Shown here in pieces: positions 30,917-40,954 of a stretch of 64,000 nucleotides of DNA. Every line of letters starts with the position of its first letter. Position 1 is the first letter of the stretch. The DNA comes from Candidatus Eremiobacteria bacterium. Its GTDB lineage: Bacteria; Vulcanimicrobiota; Vulcanimicrobiia; Vulcanimicrobiales; Vulcanimicrobiaceae. The translations under genes were made by a program, and so were the position numbers. The notes under the pieces were generated by a model. That model saw nothing but the letters and a program-made list of their open reading frames with translations. It was not told the origin of the DNA and searched no databases. The stretch spans positions 1,184,001 through 1,248,000 of the forward strand of contig CAVTRC010000001.1 of assembly GCA_963737065.1 (NCBI GenBank), in the 5' to 3' direction.

Positions 30917-32875
30917 TTAACGCAAGTACGTATTGAACCAGCCCACCATACGCGAAATGATGTCACGCACGTGAGCCGGTTGGCGTACGCCGTGCCCTTC
31001 ATCAGCGTACACCACGAGCTGCGCCGGAACTCCGAGCGTCTGCATGGCATGATAGAACTCGAACGATTGGGCCGCGGGCACTTCTTCGTCGCGCTCGCCG
31101 GCGAGAATCAGCACCGGCGTCTTTGATTGTTTGATGTACGTTATTGGCGAACTTTTGGCATAGACGGCGGGATCGTCGTAGACCGACGCGCCGAAGAACG
31201 GAATCATCCACTGATCGATCTTGTTCTGCCCGTAGTAAGACTGCCAGTTGACGAGCCCCGCACCGGCGACGATCGCCTTGAAACGCGTCGTCTGCGTCTC
31301 ACCCCACATGGACATGTAGCCGCCGTAGCTCCATCCCGCCAACCCCAGACGATTGCCGTCGATCGGCGCAGCGGCAATCGCCGCGTCGACACCGGCGAGG
31401 TCATCGCGCCAATCGCCGCCACCGAAGTCCTTCACATTCGCTGCCGCAAACTCTTCACCACGCCCGAAACTCCCGCGCGGATTGGGTTCGAAGACGAAAT
31501 ATCCGTTCGCGGCTAACGGACTGACGAACAAACTCACGAACGACGGCAACGATTCCGCGGACGGACCGCCGTGAACGATCGTTACCATCGGATACGTACG
31601 GCCGGCGCGATAGTCTCGCGGATAGACGAGCCACCCTTGCACCTCGTACTGGTCGCTTTTCCACGTCAATGACACCGCGCGTCCGGTGAAGCGCGGAACG
31701 TGCGCGTTGACGTGTGTAATGCGCGCGAGAGCACGCGGCGCGCCGGCCCAAAGTTCCGGCGCGGTCGTGAACGACTGACGCACGACGGCGGCCACCGTGG
31801 CGGTCCTCGACACGCTGAGGTCCGCAAGATTTTCTCCAGCTCCGATGAGCGGATTCACCTTACCGGTTTGCGGATCCAGTGATGCGAGGACGCGCGATCC
31901 GTTGTAGTGCGCGAGCATCATGATTCGCCCATGCGCAACCCAGCGCAAGGACGACGCGCTGTACTCCATACCAGGCGTGATGTCGGTGGCGTTCTTCGAT
32001 GCGACGTCGACACGATAGACATCGCCTCCGACCGAACCGAAATCGCTCATGATGCCGCCAATCACGGCAATCGATTTCCCGTCGGGCGACCACGTCGGCG
32101 CATTGATCTGATACTTGGGCGTCAGCACGTCGTTCAACGTACCACCGGTCGATGCAACGCTTGCAAGTTTTGCGATCCACCAATTGTCGTCGCCGCTTCC
32201 GCGCGCATACGTCAACGCAAAACGTGATGCATCAGGCGACCATGCGTATTCATAGACATAATCGTTGGACGGCGAAACGAGGCGCACGGATCCGCTTCGT
32301 ACATCGATCGTTGCGAGCTGCTGCTCGTCATAGGAGGTGCCGATGACGCCGACGTCGCGCGCACCGGCGGCAAGCGCGCCGGACTTCCGATGCGGGTGCG
32401 CGATATACAAGAATGCGATCCGCGTACCGTCGGGAGCCCACGCGAGTTCTTGCGCGGCGCCGCTCAACGTTCCGACCTGCACTACGTGCGTGCCGTCGGC
32501 ATTCGAAAGATGAATCTGACCGTGGCCTTTTTTCCGGACGTCGGAGAGGAACGCGATCCGTTTCGAGTCGGGCGACCATGCGAGGTCGCCTTCATCCGCG
32601 TTCTTCTTCGCGAGATCGGCGCTTAGACGTACGCGCGCGTGCGTGGCGAGCGCCTCCACCCATACCGTCGGACGATGACGCACGGTCTGCTGCCACGCAA
32701 CGCGCGTTCCATCGGGTGAAACAACGACCGAATCGAACGTCACGACGCTTTGCATCGCATCATAGATTGCAGCGGCGTTGGGCGGCGCTGCACCGGCGGG
32801 CAAAAGCGAAGCGGCAACAATCAACGCGCAGCATACGGCGCCGTTAAAAAGGCGAAGCATGCTCGGTGATACCAT
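30917..32875 (-). CDS. S9 family peptidase (secreted)
   Basis: WSPD repeats, VHGGP, NPRGS, GWSYGG, DEEV and EGHG motifs. Confidence 0.92.
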   Translation of the reverse strand: MVSPSMLRLFNGAVCCALIVAASLLPAGAAPPNAAAIYDAMQSVVTFDSVVVSPDGTRVAWQQTVRHRPTVWVEALATHARVRLSADLAKKNADEGDLAWSPDSKRIAFLSDVRKKGHGQIHLSNADGTHVVQVGTLSGAAQELAWAPDGTRIAFLYIAHPHRKSGALAAGARDVGVIGTSYDEQQLATIDVRSGSVRLVSPSNDYVYEYAWSPDASRFALTYARGSGDDNWWIAKLASVASTGGTLNDVLTPKYQINAPTWSPDGKSIAVIGGIMSDFGSVGGDVYRVDVASKNATDITPGMEYSASSLRWVAHGRIMMLAHYNGSRVLASLDPQTGKVNPLIGAGENLADLSVSRTATVAAVVRQSFTTAPELWAGAPRALARITHVNAHVPRFTGRAVSLTWKSDQYEVQGWLVYPRDYRAGRTYPMVTIVHGGPSAESLPSFVSLFVSPLAANGYFVFEPNPRGSFGRGEEFAAANVKDFGGGDWRDDLAGVDAAIAAAPIDGNRLGLAGWSYGGYMSMWGETQTTRFKAIVAGAGLVNWQSYYGQNKIDQWMIPFFGASVYDDPAVYAKSSPITYIKQSKTPVLILAGERDEEVPAAQSFEFYHAMQTLGVPAQLVVYADEGHGVRQPAHVRDIISRMVGWFNTYLR

Positions 32876-32888
32876 GTCGGAGGCGCGT

Positions 32889-34517
32889 TCACCCGCGCTT
32901 TCGCAACGTTGCAATCGCGGTGCGGAATACCCACAGCACGGCGACAACGACGCCGATCCACAAGATCCAGCCCACCGCCATTTGCCATCCTTGAGGGTGG
33001 TAAAACGCGAGCAGAATCGTGACGCCGACGATGCATGCGGCGGCGATGAGCGTCGCATTCACCCGTTCGGCGATGGTTTCAAAGCGCTGGAGCATAGGTT
33101 CGAGTTCTTCGATGCGGGTCCAGACGCGCAGATTGCCGCGCTCGATGTCCGCGAGCACACGATCGGCACGCCGCGGCAATTCCATGCTGAGCTCGGCCGT
33201 TTCCATCGCGGCGAGCTTCGCGCGCTCGCCCCACTCGCGAGGATCGAATCTGGCGACCGAGACGTTCGCCGCGACGGGCTCGAGAAAATCGCCGAGCCGC
33301 TTCTCGGGAGCAATCGCGAGAATAAGCCCTTCTCCCATCGCGGCAGCTTTGAAAAATAGCGACAGCGCAGCCGGCATACGCAAATGGTGCTCTCGGATGA
33401 TATCGAGGATCTCGCTCAGCGCCGCACCGAATTCGACTCGCTCTACCTCTGTGTTCAAATACCGTTGCAGTAAACGTTGAAGTTCGGTCGCGAGCTCTAC
33501 GCGATCGATCGGACCGGTGGGCGGGGCGAGATCGACGAGCCGATCCGTCAGACGCTGCCCGTCCTGCCGGTGCACGGCGAGAAAGAAATCGGCCAGCTTT
33601 CGGCGCTGGTCTTCGGAGAGCCGGCCGATCATGCCGAAATCGATGATGCCGAGCGCACCGTTCGGGCGAAAAAAAATATTACCGGCGTGCGGATCGGCAT
33701 GGAACACGCCGTGAATGAATGCCGGCTCCATGATGAACCGCGCGATGCGCTCGGCGATGGCGGCTCGCAGTTTTGCCGAGAGCAACGGCGCTTCGTTTAC
33801 CTTCGTCCCATCAACGTACGTCAGCGTCAGGACATGCGCCGTTGAGTACTCGTCGACGACATCGGGCAGCGCAAAGCGAGGTTCCTGTTCGAAGATCTTA
33901 CGAAAGAGCGCAACATTGCGCGCTTCGCGCGTGTAGTCGAGCTCCGCGCGTAACATGTCTCCAAACTCTTCAACGAGCGCGTCTACGTCGTATCCCGCGA
34001 CTTCGGGAAACCATTTCGTCGCCGACGCTGCGAGTTTGCGCAAAATGTCCAAGTCGTATTCGACGATCGCTCGTACGCCAGGCTTTCGAATTTTTAGCAC
34101 GACGTCGCGGCCGTCGGTTAATTGCGCCCGATGGACCTGCCCGATGGACGCGCACGCAATCGGCTCGAGATCGAACGTTGTGAAAAGCAACGCCGGCGGC
34201 GCTCCCAGTTCGTTGACGATCTCTCCAATGATAACGTCGGGATCAAGGGGTGGTACGGAGTCTTGCAGCTTCGCAAGCTCATCGCGATACTCTCGTGGGA
34301 GCAGATCGCCACGCGTCGAGAGCATCTGACCGAGTTTGATGAACGTCGGCCCGAGCTCTTCGCACGCTTCGCGCAATTGGGAGGCAACTTGCGCAGCGCT
34401 TTCACCGTTCGCGTGGAAACGTAAGCCGGCGCCCGCGGCCGCGAAACCGTGCTTGGCAAGTACGGCAAGGATTTCTCGATACCGCTGCGAGCGGGTCGGC
34501 GGTGACTCGGTATGCAT
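32889..34517 (-). CDS. AarF/ABC1/UbiB atypical kinase family protein
   Basis: LGPTFIKLGQMLSTR, ACASIGQVH, FHADPHAGN and DFGM motifs, with a C-terminal TM pair. Confidence 0.93.
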   Translation of the reverse strand: MHTESPPTRSQRYREILAVLAKHGFAAAGAGLRFHANGESAAQVASQLREACEELGPTFIKLGQMLSTRGDLLPREYRDELAKLQDSVPPLDPDVIIGEIVNELGAPPALLFTTFDLEPIACASIGQVHRAQLTDGRDVVLKIRKPGVRAIVEYDLDILRKLAASATKWFPEVAGYDVDALVEEFGDMLRAELDYTREARNVALFRKIFEQEPRFALPDVVDEYSTAHVLTLTYVDGTKVNEAPLLSAKLRAAIAERIARFIMEPAFIHGVFHADPHAGNIFFRPNGALGIIDFGMIGRLSEDQRRKLADFFLAVHRQDGQRLTDRLVDLAPPTGPIDRVELATELQRLLQRYLNTEVERVEFGAALSEILDIIREHHLRMPAALSLFFKAAAMGEGLILAIAPEKRLGDFLEPVAANVSVARFDPREWGERAKLAAMETAELSMELPRRADRVLADIERGNLRVWTRIEELEPMLQRFETIAERVNATLIAAACIVGVTILLAFYHPQGWQMAVGWILWIGVVVAVLWVFRTAIATLRKRG

Positions 34518-34606
34518 GGGTGCCTTATTCCCACAACCGAGAGCCCGCCTGTACGCCGGTTCACGATGGCCGTCACAGGGACAGCCGTTTGGCCGTTCCG
34601 CTCGGC

Positions 34607-35386
34607 ATGACGCGAGCCGCACTTTACGGGCGGGTCCTCTTTGTGGCTTCCGCCGTGCTCTTCGGCGTTATCGCGCTGATGTGGCACGATGTCGATACGT
34701 GGCAGGGGCTCGCGCGAATTTGGAAACTCCCGCTCGGCAGAATCATCGGCGACATCCTCGTCGTCGTTGAAATAGCGGCTGCAATCGGGTTGCTGTTCTC
34801 GCGAACGGCACGCGTCGCGGCCATTGCTTTCGGGGCCGCCGTTGGGATTTTCGCGGTGGACCGCATCGGCGGCATCATCATGCAACCCGCGTCATTTCCA
34901 CAATACGATGCTTTTGCTGAATTGTTGTCCTATGTATGCGCCGCAGTTGCCGTATACGCCTCAACCGAAAGGAACGCCGCTAACGCTACGGTGCTTGCAC
35001 AAATCGCGCGCGTCGGGCTCGGTCTTTCCACCATCTCCTTCACGCTTGCGCAAATCATCTTTTTCGAAGGCACAGCGAAGTTAGTTCCTAGCTGGATTCC
35101 GCCGAATCAGAGCTTCTGGGCGATTCTCACAACGATCGCATTCGCGCTTGCGGCGCTCGCGATGCTGATCAATCGGCAAGCAGCGCTCGCGATGCGCCTC
35201 ATGGCGGTCATGCTCGTGCTCTTCGGACTGTTGGTTTGGATTCCGATTCTCCTCACGCATCACTCGCACAATGATTGGTCGGAGTTCGCGATCAATTTCC
35301 TCATCGCGGGCGCCTCGTGGGTAATTGCCGAGTCGCAAAGCGTATTCGCACGTTCATCGCACCAAGTCGCCGTCGAACCATTGTAA
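34607..35386 (+). CDS. Polytopic membrane protein (DoxX-like)
   Basis: About 8 hydrophobic segments and an LVPSWIPP..FWA motif. Confidence 0.7.
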   Translation: MTRAALYGRVLFVASAVLFGVIALMWHDVDTWQGLARIWKLPLGRIIGDILVVVEIAAAIGLLFSRTARVAAIAFGAAVGIFAVDRIGGIIMQPASFPQYDAFAELLSYVCAAVAVYASTERNAANATVLAQIARVGLGLSTISFTLAQIIFFEGTAKLVPSWIPPNQSFWAILTTIAFALAALAMLINRQAALAMRLMAVMLVLFGLLVWIPILLTHHSHNDWSEFAINFLIAGASWVIAESQSVFARSSHQVAVEPL

Positions 35387-36274
35387 CACGCGCATTGCGC
35401 GCATAGTGTTCCATCGGCTTGCTCTCCCACTTTGCGGTTCAACCGGAAAGTTCAGCCGGTCATCGTGAAGGTGGTTCATCGGCCACCGTCCGTTTTGGTG
35501 ACGCCGCGCTTTCACGAGTTCGATCGCTTCAGTCATGCGTTCATCGCGTTCCACGCGTGCGCTTCGCAGATAGTCCAGCCCGCGCAGAACGTCGTAATGC
35601 CACGTCGTGGGAAACGTGAAGCGGATCCACTTTGGGTCCACGACGCGGCCCGTCGACAGACGCCTGAACATCCTGCGCTCCAGCAGATACTCGTGCGCGT
35701 TCCGGCGCGCGTGCGCGATCGCCGCCGCCGAACCCCAGCGGCGCTCGTATTCCAGAAGCCCTTCGAGCACACGAATCGTGGAATTGAACGATGAACGCAT
35801 GCTGGGCGGGGCTTCGCAATTCCAGCCGCCGTCCGCGAGTTGTTCGCCCAACAGGCGGTCCACAATGCCATCGCAACGTTCGCCGAAGTAGCTGCCGATC
35901 GCGAGAATTGCGCCGTTGATGCACGGCTCAGTCTCACCGTCGAAATACGGGCGATTCTCCAAACGCTCAAAACTCAAATGCGTCTTCACGCGATCGATCG
36001 CCTGACGCGCATCGTCGCTTGCCGGATCGACGCCCATTTCGCGCAAGAGCGCGAGAGCATCGGTTGAGATCATCCATCCCTCTTCATCGGCCGAGCCCCA
36101 CCAGCCGCCGGCGGATTGTCGCGCGAGCAACGCCCGTCCCCATCCTTCTTGCGCCACCCGCGATCGCTCAGCCGCCACGATCGCGTTCGGCTCGCGCTTG
36201 AGATCGCGCATCACTTGCCAACGAATTGCCGGATCGCCGTCAAGAAGCCACCGGATAACGCTCGAGTCACTCAC
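35354..36274 (-). CDS. Prenyltransferase/squalene-cyclase-like alpha-barrel hypothetical protein
   Basis: WLLDGDPAIRWQ, QLADGGWNCE, YDVLRGLDY and SRWNT motifs of a conserved family. Confidence 0.75.
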   Translation of the reverse strand: MSDSSVIRWLLDGDPAIRWQVMRDLKREPNAIVAAERSRVAQEGWGRALLARQSAGGWWGSADEEGWMISTDALALLREMGVDPASDDARQAIDRVKTHLSFERLENRPYFDGETEPCINGAILAIGSYFGERCDGIVDRLLGEQLADGGWNCEAPPSMRSSFNSTIRVLEGLLEYERRWGSAAAIAHARRNAHEYLLERRMFRRLSTGRVVDPKWIRFTFPTTWHYDVLRGLDYLRSARVERDERMTEAIELVKARRHQNGRWPMNHLHDDRLNFPVEPQSGRASRWNTMRAMRVLQWFDGDLVR

Positions 36275-36408
36275 CCCGCCGAATTCGCGCACTGCGCGCC
36301 GATCACTTCGGACGTTGCAGACGTATCACGAGGCGCCTCCATCGCGCGCGAAGCGATCGCGAAGGCGATTGTCGACGCAGAAAGTAAGACCGGGTGCGGA
36401 GGTTTACG

Positions 36409-36918
36409 ATGGCGCAAAAAGAGACAGCAATTTTAGCCGGCGGCTGCTTCTGGGGCATGCAAGAGCTTTTGCGCGACTATCCCGGCGTGATCTCGACGCG
36501 TGTTGGGTATAGCGGCGGCGACGTTGCGAACGCGACGTATCGCAATCATGGGACGCATGCCGAGGCGATCGAAATCGCATTCGATCCTGCGAAGGTGAGC
36601 TATCGGCAATTGCTCGAGTTTTTCTTTCAGATCCACGATCCCACGACGCTAAATCGCCAAGGCAACGACCGCGGCCAAAGCTATCGTTCCGCCATTTTCT
36701 ACACGACCGACGAACAACGGCGCGTCGCGAACGATACGATTGCCGACGTCGAAGCTTCCGGATTGTGGCCGGGAAACGTTGTGACCGAAGTCGCGCCGGC
36801 GCGCGAGTTCTGGGAAGCGGAGCCCGACCATCAGGACTATTTGCAGAAGTATCCCGACGGGTACACGTGTCACTTCATTCGCCCGAATTGGAAGCTTCCG
36901 CAGCGCGCAAAAGCGTAG
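36409..36918 (+). CDS. msrA: Peptide-methionine (S)-S-oxide reductase
   Basis: [19 protein letters not shown] and EPDHQDY motifs. Confidence 0.96.
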   Translation: MAQKETAILAGGCFWGMQELLRDYPGVISTRVGYSGGDVANATYRNHGTHAEAIEIAFDPAKVSYRQLLEFFFQIHDPTTLNRQGNDRGQSYRSAIFYTTDEQRRVANDTIADVEASGLWPGNVVTEVAPAREFWEAEPDHQDYLQKYPDGYTCHFIRPNWKLPQRAKA

Positions 36919-37060
36919 CGCGCAGTTTGGCGACCTCGAAGTCAACCGTATAACCCGCTCACAAAAATTTGCGATCCGTTCGGCAATCGGTTTTGCGACC
37001 GTTTCGCGTACGCCTTGAGTCGTACTCGAGCGTGGCGCCCGGGTGTACGATACGCGCCAG

Positions 37061-38113
37061 ATGACCGCCGGTACACGAACCATCGCGTTTCTCGAAACGC
37101 CCATTATCCTCGCGCCGCTCGGCGGGCCTGGTACGGTGGAACTCACCGCGGCGGCATGCAACGCGCGCGCGTTCGGTTTTCTCGCTTGCCAGTACAGCGA
37201 CCCCGAACGGATGCGCAACGACGTCGCGCGGCTTCGCACGCTGACGCCAAAACCGTTTGGGCTGAACCTCTTCATAGACAGCGGCCGGCCCGCAGTAGAC
37301 GCCGCCGAACTTGCGCGCGCGGATCGGCGCCTCGATGTCTATCGCGACGAACTTCGCGTGCCGCATCGCGACATCGCGCCGTCGCCTCCTGCATATCACG
37401 ATGAACAAATGCGCGTCGTGCTCGAAACGCGCCCGCGCGCATTCAGTTTTACGCTTGGAATTCCGCCGCAGGCAATCGTCGCCGAATTGCGAGATGCCGG
37501 AATCTACACCATTGGAACCGCCACGACCGTCGAAGAAGCGGTCGCGTTGCAGGACGCCGGTATCGACGCGGTGTGCGCCCAAGGAGCTGAAGCGGGCGGT
37601 CACCGGGGCACATTTCTTTGCTACGACGTGCTTCCGCTGATCGGAACGCTCGCGCTCGTACCGCAAATCGTCGATGCAGTTCGCATACCGGTTATCGCAG
37701 CGGGCGGCATCGCCGACGGCCGCGGTGTTGCAGCCGTCGTGAGACTTGGCGCGTGTGCGGCACAAATCGGTACCGCGTTCTTACTTGCGCACGAGGCAGC
37801 CACCGCGAGCGCTTATCGCGACGCATTAAAGCACGCGTCGCCGGCTGATACGATCGTCACTGAAGCCTTCTCCGGCAAACCGGCACGGGGCATTGCCAAC
37901 CGGTTCACTCGCGAGCTCGCCGACCCGCGCGAGCATGCTCCGTATCCGCAACAGAACACGTTGACGCGCGACATTCGCAACGCCGCGGCCGCGCAAGGAC
38001 GCGCGGAGTTCCTTTCGTTGTGGGCCGGCCAGGCATTCCCGCTCGCCCGGGAAGCGCCGGCAGCAACGATCGTCGAACTGCTTTTGACGCAGACGAACGA
38101 CGCGCTTCGCTGA
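37061..38113 (+). CDS. Nitronate monooxygenase family flavoprotein
   Basis: QGAEAGGHRG, PVIAAGGIADG and LWAGQ motifs. Confidence 0.92.
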   Translation: MTAGTRTIAFLETPIILAPLGGPGTVELTAAACNARAFGFLACQYSDPERMRNDVARLRTLTPKPFGLNLFIDSGRPAVDAAELARADRRLDVYRDELRVPHRDIAPSPPAYHDEQMRVVLETRPRAFSFTLGIPPQAIVAELRDAGIYTIGTATTVEEAVALQDAGIDAVCAQGAEAGGHRGTFLCYDVLPLIGTLALVPQIVDAVRIPVIAAGGIADGRGVAAVVRLGACAAQIGTAFLLAHEAATASAYRDALKHASPADTIVTEAFSGKPARGIANRFTRELADPREHAPYPQQNTLTRDIRNAAAAQGRAEFLSLWAGQAFPLAREAPAATIVELLLTQTNDALR

Positions 38114-38226
38114 AGTCGCACGGGCGTCCATCAGCGCGAACGACGCTGGAAGAATAATGACCCGCTGCCGTGCTGTTATTTCGTGTTAACCGCGCATCAA
38201 TTTGTCACAATGTTCACGAGCCGCGC

Positions 38227-39654
38227 GTGGCCTATGTGTTGTATACGCAGGTGTCATTCGGGCGCTTCATCTTCCACCTTACGCAGCGAAAGTTGTGGCA
38301 TGACGGCCTACCCGTTACGCTAAAGCCCAAAGAAGCGGAGTTCCTTGCGGTCCTCGGCGAGCGCCGTCCGGACATCGCGTCGCGCGACGAAATCATCGAG
38401 CGGCTGTGGATGGGATCGGCAAGCGATGCCGCGCTGAACCAGACCGTCTACCGGCTTCGTCAAACGCTTGCGCGCTACGATTCCGCATCGTATATCGAAA
38501 CAGTTCCCGAGCGCGGATTTCGCTTAGCCGGCGAATCGCCGATCGACATGCGCAAGCATCGGCCCGACGCGTTGCGCCCGGCGTTCTCGCTCTTTCAAAG
38601 GGCAGTTGCGCTGTATCGGCAGCGCGACGAAACTTCGGTGCTTCAGGCGATCGAATTGTTGGAACGCGCGTGCGTAGAGGAACCCGAATATGTTCCGGCG
38701 CTCGAAACGCTCGCCACCGCATACTGCAACGCCGGAATCCGGCTCTTCTATTCGCCACAGCATGCATACTGGCGCGCGCGAACGCTGATCGAACGTGTCG
38801 TCGCTATCGATCCGTCGTCGTCGCGTGCATTTGCTACGCTCAGTACGTTGTTGCTATTCTTCAATGCACATCGCAGCGACGCGCGCTTGGCGGCCGAGCG
38901 ATCGATTCTTCTTGCGCCGGACGCATCGGTCGGCCACACCGCCGCAACGTGGGAGCGCCTATCGCGCCGCGATTACATCGGCGCACTGACACAAGCGGAC
39001 CTCGCCGTAACCGCCGACCCGGCGTCTTCATTTTCGACAGCCCTCTTCGGGACCGTTCTCTACATGGCGCGGCGATACGACGAAGCGCATCGCGCGTTCG
39101 ACACCGCGCGCGCACTCGATAATCACCATGCGATGACGTACTTTTACGACGGCTGCGCCTACGCATTGGAAGGCGAGTATCACGAGGCTGAGGCGATGCT
39201 CTCCATGGTTGGAGGCAGCGACATGTCGACGCGGGTGATTGCGGCGCGCGGGTATATTGCGGCGAAACGTGGCGACGCGGCCGGAGCACGGCGCGCCATC
39301 TCGACGCTTCGCTCGTCCGCGATGCCATCGCACATTTCTTTGTCGGCGGTGGAATTGGCACTGAACGACGATGCATCGGCGGCGGGAACGCTGCAACGCG
39401 CATTGCGTACACGCGAGCCCGGATTGTTCTTAACGGTCGTTGATCCGATGTATGCACCGCTGCACCAGAAGCACCCGGCGCTTATCGCAGCGATCGAAGA
39501 TGGCCGCCCGCAACAATGCGACCGATGCGGCGCGGAGCTGAAAATCCGCCGGGTTCGCGAGATCTACCAGGTGGAGCTGTGCTGGGATTGCCGCCGGAAC
39601 GCACGCCCACTGTGTCTTGACGAGATCTCACGCGATTCGAAAGCCACGTCGTAA
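38227..39654 (+). CDS. Winged-helix (CadC/OmpR-type) + TPR regulator with a C-terminal CxxC...CxxC motif
   Basis: FGRFIF...LKPKE...LNQTVYRLRQ...IETVPERGFR domain, TPR-like helices and CDRC...CWDC. Start uncertain. Confidence 0.8.
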   Translation: MAYVLYTQVSFGRFIFHLTQRKLWHDGLPVTLKPKEAEFLAVLGERRPDIASRDEIIERLWMGSASDAALNQTVYRLRQTLARYDSASYIETVPERGFRLAGESPIDMRKHRPDALRPAFSLFQRAVALYRQRDETSVLQAIELLERACVEEPEYVPALETLATAYCNAGIRLFYSPQHAYWRARTLIERVVAIDPSSSRAFATLSTLLLFFNAHRSDARLAAERSILLAPDASVGHTAATWERLSRRDYIGALTQADLAVTADPASSFSTALFGTVLYMARRYDEAHRAFDTARALDNHHAMTYFYDGCAYALEGEYHEAEAMLSMVGGSDMSTRVIAARGYIAAKRGDAAGARRAISTLRSSAMPSHISLSAVELALNDDASAAGTLQRALRTREPGLFLTVVDPMYAPLHQKHPALIAAIEDGRPQQCDRCGAELKIRRVREIYQVELCWDCRRNARPLCLDEISRDSKATS

Positions 39655-39806
39655 ACCGCGCGTGTTCGCCGCAGCCGCCGCTCGCGTCGCAAATGATGAC
39701 GCGAAGCGTTAGATCGTGTGAAGCAGTTCGCATAATCATCGTGCGATGATTTTTTTTAGCAGCGCTGCACATGGTTCCATATACTGCGGCGGAACGGTGG
39801 GATTTT

Positions 39807-40514
39807 ATGAAAGCGGAAACGGTTACCTTTCGCGTGCTGATGCTTGGCATCGCGGTTCTCGGCACAATCGACGTCACTGCTCCGGAGAAGATGGCACCCG
39901 TTTCACGATACCTTATGGATTCGTCGGTGGAGACCGCGCTCGCCCGTAGCGCGGCTCCCGCATCGATATCGAGCAAGGCGACAATCCTTCTGCTCGGCCC
40001 ACATGGCTATACCGTCGCTCGAAACGGTAAGAACGGTTTTACCTGCCTTGTGGAGCGAACGTGGATGCAACCGTTCAATGCGAAGCCGTTCTGGAACCGT
40101 AAGTTCCAAGCCCCGGTGTGCTACAACCGTTCTGCGTCGCGCAGCGTGCTGATCTACACGTTGAAAAGAACGGCATTGGCACTTGGGGGCGCCTCGAAAC
40201 AGCAAATTGAAACGGGAATGCTAGCCGCCATCGCTGCAAAGTCGTTGCCTGTGCCGCAGCCGGACTCCCTCGCGTACATGATGTCCAAGGCGCAGTATCT
40301 GAGCGATCGGGATAAGTCCTGGTATCCTCACCTGATGTTCTTCATGCCGCGCGCTAATATCGCGAAATCCGGAGAAAGCTGGGGCGCGGATCGGCCGCGT
40401 TCTCCTGTTGTCTTTGATAGTGTCGACGCGATGCCGGAGCCGTGGGCGCAGTTCTTCGTTCCCGTCACGCACTGGTCCGACGGCACACGCGCGTCGGATT
40501 ACACTGGAACGTAG
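39807..40514 (+). CDS. Secreted hypothetical protein
   Basis: ALARSAAP, NGFTCLVER, YMMSK and PHLMFF motifs of a recurring hypothetical family. Start uncertain. Confidence 0.7.
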   Translation: MKAETVTFRVLMLGIAVLGTIDVTAPEKMAPVSRYLMDSSVETALARSAAPASISSKATILLLGPHGYTVARNGKNGFTCLVERTWMQPFNAKPFWNRKFQAPVCYNRSASRSVLIYTLKRTALALGGASKQQIETGMLAAIAAKSLPVPQPDSLAYMMSKAQYLSDRDKSWYPHLMFFMPRANIAKSGESWGADRPRSPVVFDSVDAMPEPWAQFFVPVTHWSDGTRASDYTGT

Positions 40515-40954
40515 GGCATGCGCCTACTTTGATTTGCCGGTTCGAAATCCACGAGAAGGATCGATCTTTCCGTCGAACGGAACGATTTCCGTGAATGGCA
40601 CTGCGATCGCGTTCAACCGCGGCGTCACGTCCAGCAAGTAATTGCGTGACGGACACTCTTTCGTACGGTTGAATCGCTTGTACGACTGCCTCTTGTCGCG
40701 CAGCCGGCGTGAGTGCTTCGGCGTATCCGCCTTCGACGCCGATCACCGCCGCGGCATCTCGCGAATATGTCTCGGCAAAGAAATCGGCGATCGTACACGC
40801 GCACAGTGACTAGGCACCGCGAAAAAAGCATTGGACGCGCGACGTGTGCCGGCGTCCAATGCGTGCACGGGTACCGTGCGTCGGAATGTATGTCACTCAC
40901 TCCTGAAAGATCGTGACATACACTCCGTTTCTCTGCTTCACACGATTCAACAAC

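Noticed and set aside
40520..40900. Possible minus-strand gene remnant downstream of the TBDR
   Set aside because: Protein-like stretches occur in different frames, but no family or start can be identified.
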